Positions 59,503-64,000 of a stretch of DNA of 64,000 bases are shown here, piece by piece (position 1 is the stretch's first letter; the number at the start of each line of letters is the position of its first letter). Source of the stretch: Scyliorhinus canicula (Eukaryota); the NCBI RefSeq assembly GCF_902713615.1, contig NW_024056027.1, forward strand, positions 186,001 to 250,000, in the 5' to 3' direction. Below the pieces are notes generated by a model that saw only the letters and a program-made list of their open reading frames with translations, searched no databases and was not told the DNA's origin. A program made the position numbers and the translations under genes.

Positions 59503-62500
59503 TGTGGAGATGCCGGTGTTGGACTGGGGTGAGCTCAGTAAGTCTGACACCAGGTTAAAGTCCAACAGGTTTGTTTCAAACATGAGCTTTCGGAGCACAG
59601 CTCCTTCCTCAGGTGAATGGAGAGGTATGTTCCAGAAACATTTATATAGACAAAGTCAGAGATGCCAGACAAGGCTTGGAATGCGAGCATTTGCAGATAA
59701 TCAAACCATTACAGATCCAGAGAGAGGGATAATCACAGGTTAAAGAGGTGTGAATTGTCTCAAGGCAGAACAGTTGGTAGGATTTTGCAAATCTAGGCCA
59801 AATGGTGGGGGGTGGATGTAATGTGACATGAATCCAAGATCCCGGTTGAGGCCGCACTCATGCGTGCGAAACTTAGCTATAAGTTTTTGCTCGGCAATTC
59901 TGCGTTGTCGCGTGTCCTGAAGACCGCCTTGGAGAACGCTTACACGGAGATCAGAGGCTGAATGCCCTTGATTGCTGAAGTGTTCCCCGAATGGAAGGGA
60001 ACATTCCTGCCTGGTGATTGTCCCACGATGCCCGTTCATTCGTTGTCGCAGTGTCTGCATGGTCTCGCCAATGTACCACGCTGTGAGACATCCTTTCCTG
60101 CAGCGTATGAGGTAGACTACATTGTTCAATTCGCACAAGTATGTGCCGCGTACCTGGTGGGTGGTGTTTCCACGTGTAATGGTGGTATCCAAGTCGATGA
60201 TCTGGCATGTCTTCCAGAGATTGCCCTGGCAGGGTTGTGTGGTGTCGTGGTCGCTGTTCTGAAGGCTGGGTAATTTTCTGCAAACAATGGTTGGTTTGAG
60301 GTTGCGCGGTTGTTTGAAGGCCAGTAGTGGGGATGACCTTGGCAAGATGTTCATCTTCATTAATGATGTGTTGAAGGCTGCGAAGAAGATGTCGCAGTTT
60401 CTCCGCCCCAGGAAAGTACTGGACGACGAAGGGTACTCTTGTCAGTGGTGTCCCGTGTTTGTCTTCTGAGGAGGTTGGTGCGGCTTTTTTGCTGTGGCGC
60501 GTTGGAACTGTCGATCGATGAGTCGAGCGCCATATCCCGTTCGTACGAGGGCATCTTTCAGCATCTGTAGGTGTCTGTTACGCTCCTCCTCGTCTGAGCA
60601 GATCCTGTGTATACGGAGGGCTTGTCCATAGGGAATGGCTTCTTTAATGTAATTTCGGGTGAAAGCTGTAGAAGCGGAGCATCGTGAAGTTGTCTGTGGG
60701 CTTGCGGTAAAGCAAAGTGCTGAGGTGACTGTCCTTGATGGAGATGAGTGTGTCCAAGAATGCAACAGAATTTGGAGAATAGTCCATGGTGAGTCTGATG
60801 GTGGGATGGAATTTATTGATCTCATCATGTAGTCGTTTCAGTGATTCTTCGCTGTGGGTCCAAAGGAAAAATATGTAATTGATGTATCTGGTGTATAACG
60901 TCGGTTGCAGGTCCTGTGTGGTGAGGAAGTTTTGTTCAAACTTGTGCATGAAGATGTTGGCATATCGAGGTGCGAATTTGGTCTCCATGGCTGTTCCATG
61001 CGTCTGGATGAAGAATTTGTTGTCGAAGGTGAAGACGTGTGATCTAGAATGAAGCGGATGAGTTGCAGAATTGCGTCTGGAGCTTGGCAGTTGTCGGTGT
61101 TGAGGACTGAGGCTGTTGCAGCAATGCCGTCGTCATGGGGGATGCTGGTGTCGAGTGCCGAGACACCCATTGTGACGAGGAATGTTCCTGGATCAACTGG
61201 TCCATGGGTGCTGAGTTTCTGTAGGATGTCCGTCGTGTCGCGACAGAAGCTGGGCGTTCCTTGTTCGATGGGTTTCAAGAAGCTCTCGATGTGGCCAGAG
61301 AGGTTCTCGCACAGGGTCCCATTGCCTGAAACGATAGGCCGGCCTGGTGTGTTGGCCTTGTGTATTTTCAGGAGGCAGTAGAGTTCTCCAATGCGGGGAT
61401 TTCGTGGGATGAGAGCACGTAGGGTGCTCTGAAGGTCTGGATCCAAGGTCTTGATCAATCTGTTGAGTTGGCGGATGTGTTCCTTGGTTGGATCTGTGGG
61501 TAACTGTCTGTAGTGTTCCTGGTTGTTGAGTTGTCGGTATACTTCTTTGCGGTAGTCCATTCTATTCAGTATGACGGTGGCCCCTCCTTTGTCTGCTGGT
61601 TTGATGACAATGTTGTGGTTGGTCTTGAGAATGCGGATGGCGTTGCGTTGTGCTTGTTTGACGTTCGGGGCTGCCTTGTGACTGCGACTGATTAATCTGG
61701 CATTGACACGAGTTCTGACGGCTTGAGCATACATGTCGAGTCGAGGGCAGCCGCCTTCCGGAGGAGTCCAATTCGACTCTTTCCTTTTCGTTTGCTGCAC
61801 CGCAGATCTCGCGGTCTGCTGTTCTGGTTCATTGGTCGACCCCTTGGGTTCGCTGTCGGCATCTTGGGGTCTGTGGAAGAATTCCCGGAGCCTCATTCGC
61901 CTGATGAATTCCTCCGTGTCTGCCGCGAGACTGATGGGGTCCATTTTGGTCGTGGTGCAGAAATTGAGCCCTCTGCTGAGGACTTCGATTTCATCTGGTT
62001 GAAGGGTGTAGTCTGACAAGTTGACAATAGATTTCCGTGTATTGTTTTCGACTGTGGTACAGGGGGAGGCTTGATTGGTGATGCCGAGTTTCTCAAGCTT
62101 TCTGTTCTTGGTGTGTATATAGGTGGCATAGTATCTTTGTCTCACCTGTTTGGCGGTGTTACGCAGCTGGTCTGCTGTATCCTGAGCGCAAGTTGAGAAT
62201 ATTGCCTCTATCTTGGTTTCCAGGTTGCGTCGACTGCTGGAGAGCTGGTGTACGAGGAGTTTGAGGAGTGTGACAGAGGTGCGGTATTCCAAAGAAACAC
62301 CTCTGAGAGTGCCAAAGTCTTGCTCAAAGCATCCCTTTTTAATATTTTTTTTAAGGGGTTGTCTCTTACAGTCACTTGAGCTTGCCCACATTACAAAGCA
62401 TAGATTGGTTATTACAATAGTTCCAGTACATGATTTTACAGACTTTGAGGTTATCTATTGGCACATGAGTATGTAGCAGTCTTAGCTTAATTAACAAGTG

Positions 62501-62975
62501 TTAGCTATGGTTGCAAGCGGCTCCCACATTTCATATCCTGTCATCCGGCCATGCGCCTTGTTTCTCAAGGCTGTTTGGCTTATAGTCATGAGTCGGCTCA
62601 CAACTTCAAATATCACTCCATTCTCTGAGCAAATTCATTCTCCTTCAATGGCTTCAATAACACATTCCTCTACTTTGTGATTTTCCACTAAAGTATCCCG
62701 ATCATTCTGGCTATTAACCCTTGCTTCACATCCTCATGTGTTGTAGGTCGACTTGAGTGGGTTTGTGATCTGTAGCCCTTTCGGGATCTTATCTGCTTTT
62801 TTGCATCTTTGTAGAAACTTAATGTCAGTGTCTATATGCGCGATCTTTCTGGAGATCCTCTCCACTTTGAGCCGGCAGTTTGCGGTGTCGATGGTAGCCA
62901 TGATGTGGAGATGTTGGCGTTGGACTGGGGTGAGCACAGTAAGAAGTCTTACAACACCAGGTTAAAGTCCAACAG
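59503..62975 (-). mobile_element. Penelope-like element (RT + GIY-YIG), decayed, with terminal repeats
   Basis: IVIKPADKGG, KIHK...PGRPIVS, frameshifted RT with RYINY in place of RYIDD; GIY-YIG NVVYLIRC...WYIGET; direct repeats at 59503-59570 and 62900-62975. Confidence 0.92.
59575..59618 (-). ncRNA. Minimal type I hammerhead-ribozyme-like motif in the PLE terminal repeat
   Basis: attcac-CTGAGGA-A-GGAGC tgt GCTCC-GAAA-GCT-C-atgttt. Confidence 0.6.
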
Positions 62976-64000
62976 ATCAGAGGCTGAATGCCCTTGACTG
63001 CTGAAGTGCTCCCCACTGGAAGGGAACATTCCTGCCTGGTGATTGTCGCACGATGCCCGTTCATTCGTTGTCGCAGTGTCTGCATGGTCTCGCCAATGTA
63101 CCATGCTTCGGGACATCCTTTCCTGCAGCGTAGGAGGTAGACTACATTGGTCGAGTGAGTCGCACGAGTATGTGCCGCGTACCTGGTGGGTGGTGTTACC
63201 ATGTGTAATGGTGGTACCCATGTCGATGATTGGTCACAGAAAGTTGGTTTACAGGTGCAACAAGTGATTAAGAAGGCAAATGGAATTTTGTCCTTCATTG
63301 CTAGAGGGATGGAGTTTAAGACTAGGGAGGTTATGCTGCAATTGTATAAGGTGTTAGTGAGGCCACACCTGGAATATTGTGTTCAGTTTTGGTCTCCTTA
63401 CTTGAGAAAGGACGTATTGGCACTGGAGGGTGTGCAGAGAAGATTCACGAGGTTAATCCCAGAGCTGAAGGGGTTGGATTACGAGGAGAGGTTGAGTAGA
63501 CTGGGACTGTACTCATTGGAATTTAGAAGGATGAGGGGGGATCTTATAGAAACATTTAAAATTATGAAGGGAATAGATAGGATAGATGCGGGCATGTTGT
63601 TTTCACAGGCGGGTGAAAGCAGAACTAGGGGACATAGCCTCAAAATAAGGGGAAGTAGATTTAGCACTGAGTTTGGGAGGAACGTCTTCACCCAAAGGGT
63701 TGTGAATCTATGGAATTCCTTGCCCAGTGAAGCACTTGAGGCTCCTTCATTAAATGTTTTTAAGGTAAAGATAGTTTTTTTGAAGAAAAAAGGGATTAAG
63801 GGTTATGGTGTTTGGGCCGGAAAGTGGAGCTGAGTCCACAAAAGATCAGCCATGATCTCATTGAATGGCAGAGCAGGCTCGAGGGCCAGATGGCCGACTC
63901 CTGCTCCTAGTTCCTATGTTCTTATGATCTGGCATTTCTTGCAGAGATTGCCCTGGCAGAGTTGTGTGGTGTCGTGGTCGCTGTTCTGAAGGCTGGGTAA
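62976..64000 (-). mobile_element. Second PLE copy (GIY-YIG region) interrupted by a plus-strand CR1 3' fragment (about 63231-63925)
   Basis: 62976-63230 duplicates 59950-60200; 63927-64000 resumes the match at 60200-60270; CR1 peptide LYKVLVRPHLEYCVQFWSP. Confidence 0.88.

Overview
Cartilaginous-fish genomic DNA (catshark-like; the species is inferred from the Ig sequence and SINE families). Bases 1-9.6 kb hold an apparently intact IgM heavy-chain constant region on the + strand: Cmu1-Cmu4, the secretory tailpiece, TM1/TM2 and both poly(A) regions. V/D/J segments lie outside the window. A G-rich, AGCT-dense switch-like tract precedes Cmu1, and a 52-bp GGGGGAGGGG minisatellite follows the secretory poly(A) site. 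From about 10 kb onward the window is a C2H2 zinc-finger gene cluster with two open ZNF ORFs and several pseudo-exons, arranged around three related CpG-rich YY1/NRF1/CCAAT promoter cassettes. The cluster is heavily invaded by retroelements: four L1-clade LINEs (all on the minus strand; one full-length with a TSD, one young 5'-truncated copy inside a ZNF exon), many CR1 fragments, HE1/V-type and other tRNA-derived SINEs, and decayed Penelope-like elements carrying minimal hammerhead-ribozyme motifs. It also contains a tRNA-Arg(ACG) gene and a 4.8-kb, 35-bp minisatellite that grew inside a CR1 3' end. Repeat boundaries were read by eye and are approximate unless fixed by a TSD or splice site. 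No database searches were run.
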